Assembly (NCBI GenBank): GCA_963803435.1
Contig: CAWDML010000001.1
Location: 864,001-928,000, forward strand
Origin: an uncultured delta proteobacterium
GTDB taxonomy: Bacteria; Myxococcota; Kuafuiibacteriia; Kuafuiibacteriales; Kuafuiibacteriaceae
Length of the DNA stretch: 64,000 bases
Direction of reading: 5' to 3'
The position numbers and the translations under genes are program-made. Below are positions 30,079 to 39,956 of this stretch, piece by piece (within the stretch, counting starts at the first letter, position 1; the number at the start of each line of letters is the position of its first letter). The notes under the pieces were generated by a model. The model did not search any database. It saw nothing but the letters and a program-made list of their open reading frames with translations, and had not been told where the DNA came from.

Positions 30079-31443
30079 TCAGAAGTCGGGTTTCTCGAGC
30101 AGCGGCACACCGTCGACATCGCGCGGCCCCGGCTTGCCCTTCCTCCGGCGGCGCTTGGTGTGCACCGCCTTCGTGCGCGCAGCCGCCGGAGCGGTCGGCG
30201 CGACCTCGACCACCGGCGGCGGCGCGCGCTCGACCGGCGGCGGCGCGAGGTCGGCCGTCGTCGGCGCGACCTCGACCGGCGGCGGGGGCGGCGGCGCGGG
30301 CTCGGCCGGCGGGGGTGCGAAGCCGCCGGAGATGAACCAGGCGGCTGCGATCCCGAGAACGGCGAGGACCAGACCACCGGCGACCTTCGACCAAACCCGT
30401 CCCGGGGGCTCGGCGAACCTGCCCTCGAGCGTCGCGGTCATCGCGTTGTCCTCGGGCGCGGTGAGCGTTCGCGGGACTGCGATCCGCGCCTCGGGTGGAA
30501 GCTTCTCCTCGCCGGCGACCAGCTCGGCGTGCATCACGTCGCCGATCAGTTTGGCCAGGCGAGCACCGTCGACGTCGTGCGCTCCCGGGACCGCAGTCAG
30601 AAGGCGCACGCGAAACTCCTGAGCCGTCGCCGGCCGTTCGGCGGGATCGATCCGGAGCGCCTGCATCAGCACGGCCTCGAGCGCCTCCGGCACATCGCGT
30701 ACGTACTGGCTCGGAGGCGGAATCTGCGGGGCGCGGACCACGTCGAGCACGGCGAGGTCGTCGCCGCCCTTGAACAGCCGGCGCTGCGTCAACATCTCCC
30801 AGAGGACGATCCCGAGGGCGTAAACGTCGCTCCTGCGATCGAGCGGCCGTCCGAAGGCCTGCTCGGGCGACATGTAACGGATCTTGCCTTTGAGCAACCC
30901 GGTGGCCGTCTCTACGCCTTGCGCCATGGCTTTCGCGATGCCGAAGTCGATCAGCTTCACCGCCCCGCTCACGCTCAAGAGGATGTTCTGAGGGCTGACG
31001 TCCCGATGGACGAGGCCGAGCGACGCGCCCGAGTCGTCGGTGGTCTCGTGCGCAGCGTGAAGGCCGTCGGCGGCGCGGGCGGCGATCGCCACCGCCGTCG
31101 CCGGCTTCAGCATTCGACCGCTGTCCCTCAGCTTTCGGAGCAACGCCGACACGGAGCAGCCGTGGACGTACTCCATCACCAGAAAGTACCGGCCCTCCTC
31201 CTCGCCCAGCTCCTCGACCCGGACCACGTTCGGGTGGGCGATGCGCGCGCCCAGGAGCGCCTCGTTCACGAAGGAGCTGACGAACCGGGGCTCGATCGAC
31301 AGGTGGGGATGGATCAACTTGATCGCGACGTACTGCCGGAAACCGGCGGCGCCCAGCCGGGTCGCCAGATAGAGCGTCCCCATTCCGCCGGGGCGCAGCT
31401 CGGCCAGGATCTCGTAGTTCTTGAGCTTATCCCCTCTGCGCAC
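30079..31443 (-). CDS. Ser/Thr protein kinase (Hanks type), TM-anchored
   Basis: GGMG, VAIK, HRDVSPQN, DFG, YMSPEQ. Confidence 0.93.
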   Translation of the reverse strand: MRRGDKLKNYEILAELRPGGMGTLYLATRLGAAGFRQYVAIKLIHPHLSIEPRFVSSFVNEALLGARIAHPNVVRVEELGEEEGRYFLVMEYVHGCSVSALLRKLRDSGRMLKPATAVAIAARAADGLHAAHETTDDSGASLGLVHRDVSPQNILLSVSGAVKLIDFGIAKAMAQGVETATGLLKGKIRYMSPEQAFGRPLDRRSDVYALGIVLWEMLTQRRLFKGGDDLAVLDVVRAPQIPPPSQYVRDVPEALEAVLMQALRIDPAERPATAQEFRVRLLTAVPGAHDVDGARLAKLIGDVMHAELVAGEEKLPPEARIAVPRTLTAPEDNAMTATLEGRFAEPPGRVWSKVAGGLVLAVLGIAAAWFISGGFAPPPAEPAPPPPPPVEVAPTTADLAPPPVERAPPPVVEVAPTAPAAARTKAVHTKRRRRKGKPGPRDVDGVPLLEKPDF

Positions 31444-31530
31444 GCACGTCGCCGATCGCGCACGTCATGCTAAGCCACCGGCGCGCATCCGGCGAGGTGA
31501 GGATTTGTGCGCGGGACAGCGGCGGCGCGA

Positions 31531-33117
31531 TCAGTTTCGAGTGAGCAGCCACGTAATCAGCCCGCCCATCGGACCTCCGAGCAGGAGACCGAGGCACATC
31601 CCGATCAGGAGCGGAACGGCTCGTCCCCGGGACGCGACCGCCGCAGTTGCGCCGGTGGCTCCGCTCGCGGAGTCGGGGTTGGGATCGAACTGCGTGACGT
31701 CCTCGCTCGGCGCGGAGGACCCGCCCTCCGCCCGGGATGAAACCGCCGCCGCGCCCAGGGGCGACGCCTGCGGCTGCAGCCAGAGATTCGCGAGCTCGAG
31801 CAGGCGGAGATTGTCGAGCGCGCCTCGATCCTGGAGCAGGCCGAGCTCGGGGAGGACGCGCTCGAGCGTACCCTTCGGGGGCGCGGGCGTAACGTCGATG
31901 GCGATCTCGAGCGAGCCCATCGAGACGTCGTCGTTCGACGCCCACTCGACGGGCGATTCGAACGCGATCTGGACCGACGCGGGCGAGAGATCGTCCGAGG
32001 AGCTGCGGTCCGCGAGGTCGAGCACCAGCCCGCTCGCCGCCGGGTGAATGTCCACACCGAACGCCCGCCGAGCCGAGAAGGTGGCACGAACCCGCGGCAG
32101 ATCGAGGTCGCCGGCGATCAGCCGCTCCGACAGGGCGCGGCGCTGCTCGATCTTGGGGCCGAGCAGCGAGCGGACGTACGACGAAAGCTCCGCCGAAGGA
32201 TCATCGCCGGACTCGGCGCGGACGAACGCCCGGAGCTCTTCGGCGATCTCGGCGGCGGTGGAGTAGCGGTCCTGGCAATGAAGCGCCAGCGCACGGCTGG
32301 CGATCCAGACCAGCGACTCCGGCAGGTCCGGGCGGAGATCCTGCAACGAAGGCAGCGGCTGCGACGTGAGCGTCTCGATGATCGCTTCCTGGGTGTCGGC
32401 GTGGATGAGACGCTTGGCGGTGAGGGCCTCGAAGAGCACCACCCCCAGCGCGTAGATGTCCGCCCGGCGGTCGATGGTGCGACCGGTGAGCTGCTCGAGG
32501 GACATGTAGCGGAGCTTGCCCTTGATGATCCCGGTGATGGTGGCCTGCCGCTTCTTCTTTGCGGCGGCCACACCGAAGTCGAGGATCTTGACGTGACCGT
32601 CATACGTGACCATCAGGTTCTGAGGCGAGACGTCACGATGGATGAACCCGAGCGCATCCCCGCTCTCGCTCTTCAGCTCGTGCACGTAGTGGAGACCTTC
32701 GGCGACGCAGGCCATGATCCACGCCACCACGCGCGCAGGGAGCAGACCGCCCGCGGCGCGCGCCTGCTTGACCAGGGTCGCAACCGTATCCCCCAACACG
32801 AACTCCATCGCCATGAAGGGCGTGGAGCGGACCTCTCCGCTCGCGTACGTCTCGACGCAGTTGGGATGACGGAGGCGCTCGGCGACGGCGATCTCGTCGA
32901 GGAACATGGCGGCGACGTCGGTGCGGCCGGCCAGCTCGGGGAGCACCGTCTTGATGGTGACGAGGCGCGCGCCGGCGGCGCGAGGCTCACGCGCCATGAG
33001 CACGTTCGCCATCCCTCCAGCGGCCAGCCGCGCGAGGATCTGATAGGGGCCGAAGTCGATCGGCTGCTCGCCCGGGTCCTGACCGGTGGCCGGCGAACTG
33101 TCGCGATCAGGCCACAT
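31531..33117 (-). CDS. Ser/Thr protein kinase (Hanks type), C-terminal TM
   Basis: GGMA, TIK, HRDVSPQN, DFG, YMSLEQ. Confidence 0.92.
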   Translation of the reverse strand: MWPDRDSSPATGQDPGEQPIDFGPYQILARLAAGGMANVLMAREPRAAGARLVTIKTVLPELAGRTDVAAMFLDEIAVAERLRHPNCVETYASGEVRSTPFMAMEFVLGDTVATLVKQARAAGGLLPARVVAWIMACVAEGLHYVHELKSESGDALGFIHRDVSPQNLMVTYDGHVKILDFGVAAAKKKRQATITGIIKGKLRYMSLEQLTGRTIDRRADIYALGVVLFEALTAKRLIHADTQEAIIETLTSQPLPSLQDLRPDLPESLVWIASRALALHCQDRYSTAAEIAEELRAFVRAESGDDPSAELSSYVRSLLGPKIEQRRALSERLIAGDLDLPRVRATFSARRAFGVDIHPAASGLVLDLADRSSSDDLSPASVQIAFESPVEWASNDDVSMGSLEIAIDVTPAPPKGTLERVLPELGLLQDRGALDNLRLLELANLWLQPQASPLGAAAVSSRAEGGSSAPSEDVTQFDPNPDSASGATGATAAVASRGRAVPLLIGMCLGLLLGGPMGGLITWLLTRN

Positions 33118-33371
33118 CGGGCGGGCACTTTAGACGTCGTGGAAGACGCCAGGCAACCAGAGACCGCGACGATCGCGTGCAGCTCAAACCTGCGCGTGAT
33201 CCCACCACTAACGGAGCCGGCGAGCGACAGGGCCTCGATCGGATCGCGAGATCACCCGCGATCGACCGCGGGCGCCGAGAGCCCCTCGAGCAGCGGGGGT
33301 GCACCAGCTCGTTGTACTGTCCGTTCGGCTCGGACCGGCACGTCGTCCAGACGCGCACGCGGTTCAGCGCT

Positions 33372-34235
33372 TCACTTCCGGTGCGCGTCGAAGAAGTCGA
33401 TGACCTCTTCACCCCAGCGAAACTCTGGGTTGCCGTCGCACTTGAAGCTGAACAGCTGGCCCGGCTCGCCCCCGAGATCCTCGCTGCCGGGGTAGCAATG
33501 CCCGAGGAGCCGGATGCCCTCGCCCTCGGCGCTGCTGGAGTAGTCGTGGGCGAGGAACTCGAGGGTGGCCGCCCCGGTGTAGCGGTGGTGCCGGAAGCCG
33601 TCCCCCTTCTCGACGAGGCCCTCGGACTCGAGGTGCCACGCCGAGACGATTCCGTCGATCTGCTCCCGGGCGCAGGCGAAGTCGGAGAGGGGATCGGCGT
33701 GGCCGTGCATGTAGAGCAGATCGATGGGATCCGCCGGCGGCTCGGCATCGCAGGAGCCGTCCGCCGCCGGAGCCGCCGAGGCGAGGACGTCGGCGTGCGC
33801 GCGCACGAAGGCCCAGGTCATGGCGCCGCCCTGCGAGAAGCCCGTGAAGTGCACCCGCCCCCGCGCGATCTCGAAGGCCCCTGCCGCCCGCATCATCACC
33901 TCGTAGACCCCACCGTAGTCTCGGTCCGATAACCAGAGCGAGAACGGCGGGTCCCCCGGTGCGCTCGGCTGGAGCACGACGTAGTCCCGCGCCCGACCGA
34001 GCCTCGCCAGAGCGGTGTTGGCCTCCTCCATGCGCCCGCTCATGGTGAAGCCGTGCACGTCGACGATGAGACCGCACCCCGGCCGCGTGCAGCGTGCGGG
34101 CACCGAGACCTCCCATTCGAGCCCGCCACACTCCACCCTCCCGGTGGTCTTCTCCGAGAAACAGGGGTCGCCGTTCGCCTCGAACGTGTCGACGCTGCAA
34201 CCGATCGCAAGGCAGAGGGGGAGCCATCGCAGCAC
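33372..34235 (-). CDS. Alpha/beta hydrolase lipoprotein (PHB depolymerase/LpqC-like esterase)
   Basis: Lipobox AIGC; VHGFTMSG, GFSQGG nucleophile elbow, HGHAD, GHC. Confidence 0.8.
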   Translation of the reverse strand: MLRWLPLCLAIGCSVDTFEANGDPCFSEKTTGRVECGGLEWEVSVPARCTRPGCGLIVDVHGFTMSGRMEEANTALARLGRARDYVVLQPSAPGDPPFSLWLSDRDYGGVYEVMMRAAGAFEIARGRVHFTGFSQGGAMTWAFVRAHADVLASAAPAADGSCDAEPPADPIDLLYMHGHADPLSDFACAREQIDGIVSAWHLESEGLVEKGDGFRHHRYTGAATLEFLAHDYSSSAEGEGIRLLGHCYPGSEDLGGEPGQLFSFKCDGNPEFRWGEEVIDFFDAHRK

Positions 34236-34367
34236 CGCGGGAGTATCAAGCGGATCACGACGACGATCGACCGGAACCCGGGAGCGGTCGGTCGACCGTC
34301 GGTCGACCGGTTTTGAAAGGTGTCGAGGTCCCACTCGGCGAGCGGCGGCGCGCCTATAAAGGTCCAT

Positions 34368-34395
34368 TTGACTTTTTCAAATACGTTGCTACTCT
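34368..34395 (+). promoter_or_regulatory. sigma70-type promoter, probably leaderless
   Basis: TTGACT (34368) - 16 nt - TACTCT (34390) with extended-10 TG; ATG follows 7 nt downstream with no SD. Confidence 0.65.
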
Positions 34396-34402
34396 TTTGC
34401 CC

Positions 34403-35215
34403 ATGTCGCTCCGTGGCGTCGCTCGAGAGACCCTCGACATCATCGAATCCGGTCGATACCAGTCCCTCTCGGGCGCATGGGTCGACGTCGGCGACGCCGT
34501 GAAGGCGGCGGTCGCCGGGACGGTCCTCTACCGGCCGGGCGGGCTGGATCTGTCGGCGGCCTCACCGGGTGCCCCCAACATCGAGGTCACCGAGGAGACG
34601 ACGCAAGCGGCCGCGCGCCGGCTGATCGCCGACGAGGGCGTCGCCGACCTGGTGCTCCTCAACTACGCCTCCGCCCGCAACCCGGGGGGCGGCTTTCTCG
34701 GCGGCGCCAAGGCGCAGGAGGAGGACCTCTGCCGCTGCTCGGGGCTCTACGCCTGCCTGCTCACGCAGCCCGAATACTACGAGGCCAACCGCGCGCAGTC
34801 GTCGATGCTGTACACGGACCACATCATCTACGCGCCCAGGGTCCCGTTCTTCCGTGACGGCAGGCGCGGCTTGATGGAGTCGCCGGTGCTGAGCTCGGTG
34901 ATCACTGCGCCGGCACCGAACGCAGGCGAGCACCTGCGTCGCTCGCCCGCAGAGACCGCGGTGCTCGAAGAGACGCTCCACCGGCGTGCCGGTCTGGTCC
35001 TGCTGGTGGCCCGGGCGCAACAACACCGAACGCTGCTCCTGGGCGCATGGGGCTGCGGCGTGTTCAGGAACGATCCGCACCGGGTGGCGGAGGCGTTCAT
35101 GTCGTGGCTCGCGGTCCTGGGCGGGGCCTTCGATCGCGTCGTGTTCGCAGTGCCGGCGGGAAAGCCGGCGCACAACCTCGAGGCGTTCACGATCCGGTGT
35201 GCGTCGCGCTGGTAG
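34403..35215 (+). CDS. Bacterial poly(ADP-ribose) glycohydrolase (TIGR02452/DUF2263 macrodomain)
   Basis: LNYASARNPGGGFLGGAKAQEE (GGG-X6-QEE signature); LGAWGCGVFRN. Confidence 0.9.
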   Translation: MSLRGVARETLDIIESGRYQSLSGAWVDVGDAVKAAVAGTVLYRPGGLDLSAASPGAPNIEVTEETTQAAARRLIADEGVADLVLLNYASARNPGGGFLGGAKAQEEDLCRCSGLYACLLTQPEYYEANRAQSSMLYTDHIIYAPRVPFFRDGRRGLMESPVLSSVITAPAPNAGEHLRRSPAETAVLEETLHRRAGLVLLVARAQQHRTLLLGAWGCGVFRNDPHRVAEAFMSWLAVLGGAFDRVVFAVPAGKPAHNLEAFTIRCASRW

Positions 35216-35323
35216 CCCGCCGCGAGCGCGGTGAGCAGTCCAGCATCCGGCGCAATCGAGCGAAGGGCGTGGCGACCGGATAGTCGAGTGACCACCTCCT
35301 CGAACGGCGGCAGCGCACGCGCC

Positions 35324-35339
35324 TGGCACGGCGGCTGCT
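35324..35339 (+). promoter_or_regulatory. Putative sigma54 promoter
   Basis: TGGCACGGCGGCTGCT, 12 nt before ATG 35352. Confidence 0.6.
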
Positions 35340-35351
35340 CTCGTCGGGTCC

Positions 35352-37028
35352 ATGCGAGACTCCGCGCTTCTCTGTGCCGTTCTCCTGTTCGGATGCGCGC
35401 GCGGCCCGGGGGCCGCTCCCAGCGATCCACCTCCCCCGGAGCCGCTCGTCCAACTGAGGCCCGAGGAGCACCTGGTGCGGGCAGCGCTCGCGCTCACCGG
35501 TCGCAGGCCCTCGGACGCCGATCGAGCGGCCGTGGCGGCAGACGGAGCGGCCGTCGCCGCGATCGTCGATCGCTACCTCGACAGCCCGGAGTTCGGAGCG
35601 ACCATGCGCGATCTGCACAACGAGGCGCTCCTGGTCCGCACCGACTTCGACAACTTCCCGGCCGGCTTCCAGGCGAGGGCGCCGCTGGAGGAGCTCGACC
35701 GCGCCACCATCAACAAATCACTGTTCGAGGCCCCGCTGGCGCTGATCGAGTACGTGATCATGAACGATCGCCCGTACACGGAGATCGTCACCGCGAGCTA
35801 CACCGTGGCCAACCGGGCCGTCTCCGCGGTCTGGGGGAGCCTGCCGTACACCGACGGCGGTCCGGAGTGGCAGATCACATCGCACCAGGACGGTCGCGGA
35901 GACGCCGGCATCCTCTCCGACGACTGGCTGTTCAGCCGCCACACCACCACCATCTCGAACGCCAACCGTGGCCGCGCGAATGCCGTGACCAAGGCGTTGC
36001 TCTGCTACGACTTTCTCGATCGTGACGTCGTGGTGGATACCAGCGTCGACTTCGCCGACCCGGAGGCGGTCGCGCGCGCGGTCAAGAGCAACCCAGCTTG
36101 CGCCAGCTGCCATCACAGCCTCGATCCCCTCGCCGGCTTCTTCCAGGACTACTTCCCCATCTACGTCCCTTACGGCGTCGACCGGTTTCCGTTTCGGCAC
36201 TACGAGCCAGGGATCATCAAGCGGGCGGGCGCGACCGTCGAGGAGCCCGCGTACTTCGGACAGCCGGGGCGGACGCTCTCCGATCTCGGGCGAGCGATCG
36301 CTGCAGACCCGCGCTTCCCGCTCTGCGCCGCGAAACGCTTCTACGCATTCTTCAACCAGGTGCGCCTCGCGGAGGTCCCCGAGGGCCAGGCGCGCGAGCT
36401 GTCATCGCGCTTCGTGGCGAGCGGCTTCTCCGCCAAGGCGCTGGCGCGGGCCATCGTTCTCTCGGACGACTTCCGGGTGTCGTACAGCGGCGACGGCGCG
36501 CTCGCCGAGAGCACCGTGGGCGTCAAGCGCGCCGGACCGGAGCAGACCTCGCGCCTGATCGAGGATCTGACCGGCTTCCGCTGGACCGCCACCATTCCGG
36601 GCGCAGGCAACGTCGATCTCTCCACCGACAGCTACTACGGTTACGAGGTCCTCGCCGGTGGGATCGACGCTTTCAGCGTCACGCTGCCGAGCTACACCTT
36701 CAACGCGACCTCACATTTGTTCCTCGCGGAGCTCGCCGCCCGGGGCGCCGCCTTCGCCGTGGAGAAGGACTTCGCCGAGGCCGATCGGAGCAAGAGGAAG
36801 CTCCTCACCGAGGTCGGTGCGGACGATCGGGACGAGCTCGCGGTGCGCGCTCAGCTCGCTGCGCTTCATTGGAGAATCCTCGCGGAGGAGGTCGAGCCGG
36901 GATCGGACGCCGTCTCGGAGAGCTATGCGCTGTTCACCACGGCGCTCGACGAATCGGACGACGTCCCGCTCGCGTGGAAAGCGGTGCTGACCGCCATGCT
37001 CCAGGATTTTCGCGTCGCCACTTACTAG
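35352..37028 (+). CDS. DUF1588/DUF1585-like lipoprotein with CxxCH
   Basis: Lipobox LFGC; RAALALTGRRPS, AGILS, NRGRAN, CASCHHSLDPLA, FPLCA. Confidence 0.75.
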   Translation: MRDSALLCAVLLFGCARGPGAAPSDPPPPEPLVQLRPEEHLVRAALALTGRRPSDADRAAVAADGAAVAAIVDRYLDSPEFGATMRDLHNEALLVRTDFDNFPAGFQARAPLEELDRATINKSLFEAPLALIEYVIMNDRPYTEIVTASYTVANRAVSAVWGSLPYTDGGPEWQITSHQDGRGDAGILSDDWLFSRHTTTISNANRGRANAVTKALLCYDFLDRDVVVDTSVDFADPEAVARAVKSNPACASCHHSLDPLAGFFQDYFPIYVPYGVDRFPFRHYEPGIIKRAGATVEEPAYFGQPGRTLSDLGRAIAADPRFPLCAAKRFYAFFNQVRLAEVPEGQARELSSRFVASGFSAKALARAIVLSDDFRVSYSGDGALAESTVGVKRAGPEQTSRLIEDLTGFRWTATIPGAGNVDLSTDSYYGYEVLAGGIDAFSVTLPSYTFNATSHLFLAELAARGAAFAVEKDFAEADRSKRKLLTEVGADDRDELAVRAQLAALHWRILAEEVEPGSDAVSESYALFTTALDESDDVPLAWKAVLTAMLQDFRVATY

Positions 37029-37046
37029 AAGACAGAGAGGTAGAAC

Positions 37047-38327
37047 ATGGTCGCGATCAATCGTCGAAGCTTGCTCAAGTGCGGCACCGCGAGCCTCGCC
37101 TTCGCCGCCCTTCACGGGATCTCGCGCGGAACGCGGGCGGCCGCCGGGAAGACCGAGCGGAAGCTCATCCTGATCTTCGGTGGAGGTGGTTGGGACACGA
37201 CCTACTCTGTCGATCCGAAGCCCGGGCTCGCCACCATCGACGCTCCGGCGGGACGCGAGGAGCGGTTCGGCGAGATCCGCGTCTGGACCGGCGACGATCG
37301 CCCCTGCGTCGCGGAGCTGTTCCGCCGCCACGGGAGCACCTGCGCGGTCGTCAACGGCGTGCAAATGATGTCGTTCGTCCACCCCGATTGCTGGAAGCGG
37401 ATCCTGACCGGGACGGCCTCCGATTCGAGCCCGGATCTCGGCGCAATCACCGCCTACGAGCATGCGAGCGGGCTTCCGGTGCCCTACCTGGTCCTCGGCC
37501 GCACAGCGTACACCGGGGAGCTCGCCTCGGTCTCGGCGCGCGTCGGATCGACGAAGCAGATCGTCGGTCTGCTCGACGCCCAGAACGCGCCGCCTTCGGA
37601 CGCCGACGTCGAAGGGATCGGACGACCAACCTTCTCGAGCAACACCGACTCCGCCATCCGCAAGTACGTGCTCGCCCGCGCGGAGCGAGAGCGCGCGGTC
37701 CGCGGTCAATCCGGCTACAACCGGCGCGTCTTCCGCGACTTCCTCTCCTCCCTGGATCGAGCCTCGGCGCTCGCGCGGTATCGCGACGACCTCGGCGGTC
37801 GCGCTCCGACGCTCGACCTCACCGCGCAGCGACAGCTCGCGGTGAAGGCCCTGGAGCGCGGACTCTCGCAATCGGTGATCGTCGAGCAAGGCGGCTACGA
37901 CACCCACTCCGACAACACGCAGCAGGCCGCCTTGCAGGAGACGCTCTTCGCCGAGCTGATCGCGCTCCTCGACGAGCTCTCGTCGACGCCCGGAAGCCGG
38001 ACGGGATCCAAGCTCCTCGACGAGACCACCGTCGTCTTCCTCTCGGAGATGGGCCGGACGCCCAAGCTCAACAGCGACGCGGGCAAGGATCACTGGCCGG
38101 TCACCAGCGCGCTGCTCTTCGGCGCCGGCGTGCGCGGGGGTCGCGCCTACGGCGCGAGCAGCGACGGGCTGGAGGCGCTCAACGTCGACTTCGACACCGG
38201 AGACGTCGACGCCGGCGGCCTTCAGCTCCTGTTCAGCAATCTCGCCGCGGGTGTCCTCGAGCTCGTCGGCGTCGACTCCGAGGCATACCTGCCGGGTGTG
38301 GAGGTGTTCCGTGCGTTCGCTGCTTAG
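37047..38327 (+). CDS. DUF1501 family protein, Tat-exported
   Basis: NRRSLLK twin-Arg signal; GGWD, DTH, SEMGRTP, GKDHW. Confidence 0.88.
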   Translation: MVAINRRSLLKCGTASLAFAALHGISRGTRAAAGKTERKLILIFGGGGWDTTYSVDPKPGLATIDAPAGREERFGEIRVWTGDDRPCVAELFRRHGSTCAVVNGVQMMSFVHPDCWKRILTGTASDSSPDLGAITAYEHASGLPVPYLVLGRTAYTGELASVSARVGSTKQIVGLLDAQNAPPSDADVEGIGRPTFSSNTDSAIRKYVLARAERERAVRGQSGYNRRVFRDFLSSLDRASALARYRDDLGGRAPTLDLTAQRQLAVKALERGLSQSVIVEQGGYDTHSDNTQQAALQETLFAELIALLDELSSTPGSRTGSKLLDETTVVFLSEMGRTPKLNSDAGKDHWPVTSALLFGAGVRGGRAYGASSDGLEALNVDFDTGDVDAGGLQLLFSNLAAGVLELVGVDSEAYLPGVEVFRAFAA

Positions 38328-39163
38328 CCTCCTCGTCGTCCTCTCGGCCGCCTGCGATGCCGCCACGGAGGCGCCGCCGCCCGACGCTGGCGCCTCGTCC
38401 AGCGAGCGCGCCTGTCCCGACGACAGCGATTCTGACCTACGAGAGCTTCGGCGAGCCCTTCTTCCTCGGCTGGTGCACCGGCTGCCACAGCTCCGCGCTG
38501 ACCGGCGACGCGCGAGCAGGCGCTCCGGTCGGCGTGGACTTCGACAGCCTGGAGGGGATCCGCTCGCGGGCCGACGCGATCTGGAGCCGCGCGGCGGACG
38601 GAAACGCCACCATGCCGCCCACCGGCGGGCCTTCGGCCGGTGTTCGCGAGGAGCTGGGTGAATGGCTCGCGTGCGGAGCTCCGGCGGCGACGGTCCCGAG
38701 CACGTTCGACGCAGGCGTCGATCGCGACCCTCCCGACGGCGGCCAGCCATCCTTCGATGGCGGACCGACCCTCGGCCCACCCCTCTTCAGCGACACCGGT
38801 GAGTACGCCACGCCCGTGTCCGACGGCATGGCGTTCTGCGGCCCCACGAGCTGCGACCCGGCCAGCACCGCTTGCTGCCTCGGGCAGGGAGGAGCGGAGT
38901 GTGCGGCGGCGCCGAGCGGCTGTGACCTGATCATCCGCTGCGATGGACCCGAGGATTGCCCGGGCGGTGCCTGCTGCGTCATGCCGTCGGATTCGAACGC
39001 CCAGCTCGCGTGCGCGTCCTCGTGCGAAATGATGCCGACCATCTGCCACGCCGCGGAGGATTGTCCGAGCGATCGGCCGATCTGCTGCTCCATGGGCGCG
39101 CCGTTCGGACACTGCACGACGATGGAGGGCGCGGCGCCGGGCGAGCGCTGCGACGTGCGCTGA
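38311..39163 (+). CDS. Monoheme cytochrome c lipoprotein with Cys-rich tail; apparent frameshift at 38428
   Basis: VRSLLSLLVVLSAAC lipobox; after correction LTYESFGEPFFLGWCTGCHS...MPP...EWLACGAP; C-terminal CDGPEDC/CC repeats. Confidence 0.78.
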
Positions 39164-39188
39164 AGTGCTGCTATCCTCCGCGAAGGTC

Positions 39189-39956
39189 ATGATGCCGGCG
39201 CCGCTCTTGCTGCTCTTGATCGCGACCCCGCTGGAGGACGGCATGCGCGCATTGAGCGAGTTTCGGCTCGACGACGCCATCGCGCAGCTCGAGGAGGCGC
39301 GGCGCGAGGGGCACCACCGCTATGGAGATTGGGTGCTCGTTCACGAGCAGCTCGGCATCGCCTACGCATACAAGGCGCGCGAAGCGGAGGCGATCGACAC
39401 CTTCGAGCGGTTGCTCCTGCTCGATCCGACGCACGCGCTCAGATACAACCTCTCGCCGAAGGCGACGCTGCCGTTCGAGCAGGCCCGCGAGCGCGCCAGG
39501 GTGAAGCCGAGGCTGGCGATCGACGTGCTGTGGCCCCGCGACGCCGACGCAGACCAGGCGCTGCCGCTCAGCGTGGAGGTGATCTCGAATCCGGGGCAGC
39601 TCCTCAGGACGGCCAGCCTGCATTACCGGCGTCGCGGTGAGCGTGAGTATCGACGCATCGATCTCGACCTCGCCGGCGGCCGGGGCGCCGCCTCCATCGC
39701 CCCGCCGGTCGCACCGGACGCCGACGTCTTCGATCAGATCTTCTTGGTGGCGCGGGACGAGTACGGCAACGAGGTGCTCGAGTGGGCCGACGAGGTGCGC
39801 CCGCGCGAGATCCTGCTCCGCTACCATCCGCCGGCGCTGTACCAGCAGTGGTGGTTCTGGGTGCTGGCAGGCGCGGTCGTCACCGCAGGATCCGTGACCA
39901 CGTACAGTCTCACCCGTCCGAAGAGCACAGTGTACGATCTCGAGGTCCACCCGTGA
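39189..39956 (+). CDS. TPR-containing membrane-anchored protein
   Basis: TPR-like LGIAYAY...AIDTFERLLLLDP; C-terminal YQQWWFWVLAG TM. Confidence 0.75.
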   Translation: MMPAPLLLLLIATPLEDGMRALSEFRLDDAIAQLEEARREGHHRYGDWVLVHEQLGIAYAYKAREAEAIDTFERLLLLDPTHALRYNLSPKATLPFEQARERARVKPRLAIDVLWPRDADADQALPLSVEVISNPGQLLRTASLHYRRRGEREYRRIDLDLAGGRGAASIAPPVAPDADVFDQIFLVARDEYGNEVLEWADEVRPREILLRYHPPALYQQWWFWVLAGAVVTAGSVTTYSLTRPKSTVYDLEVHP

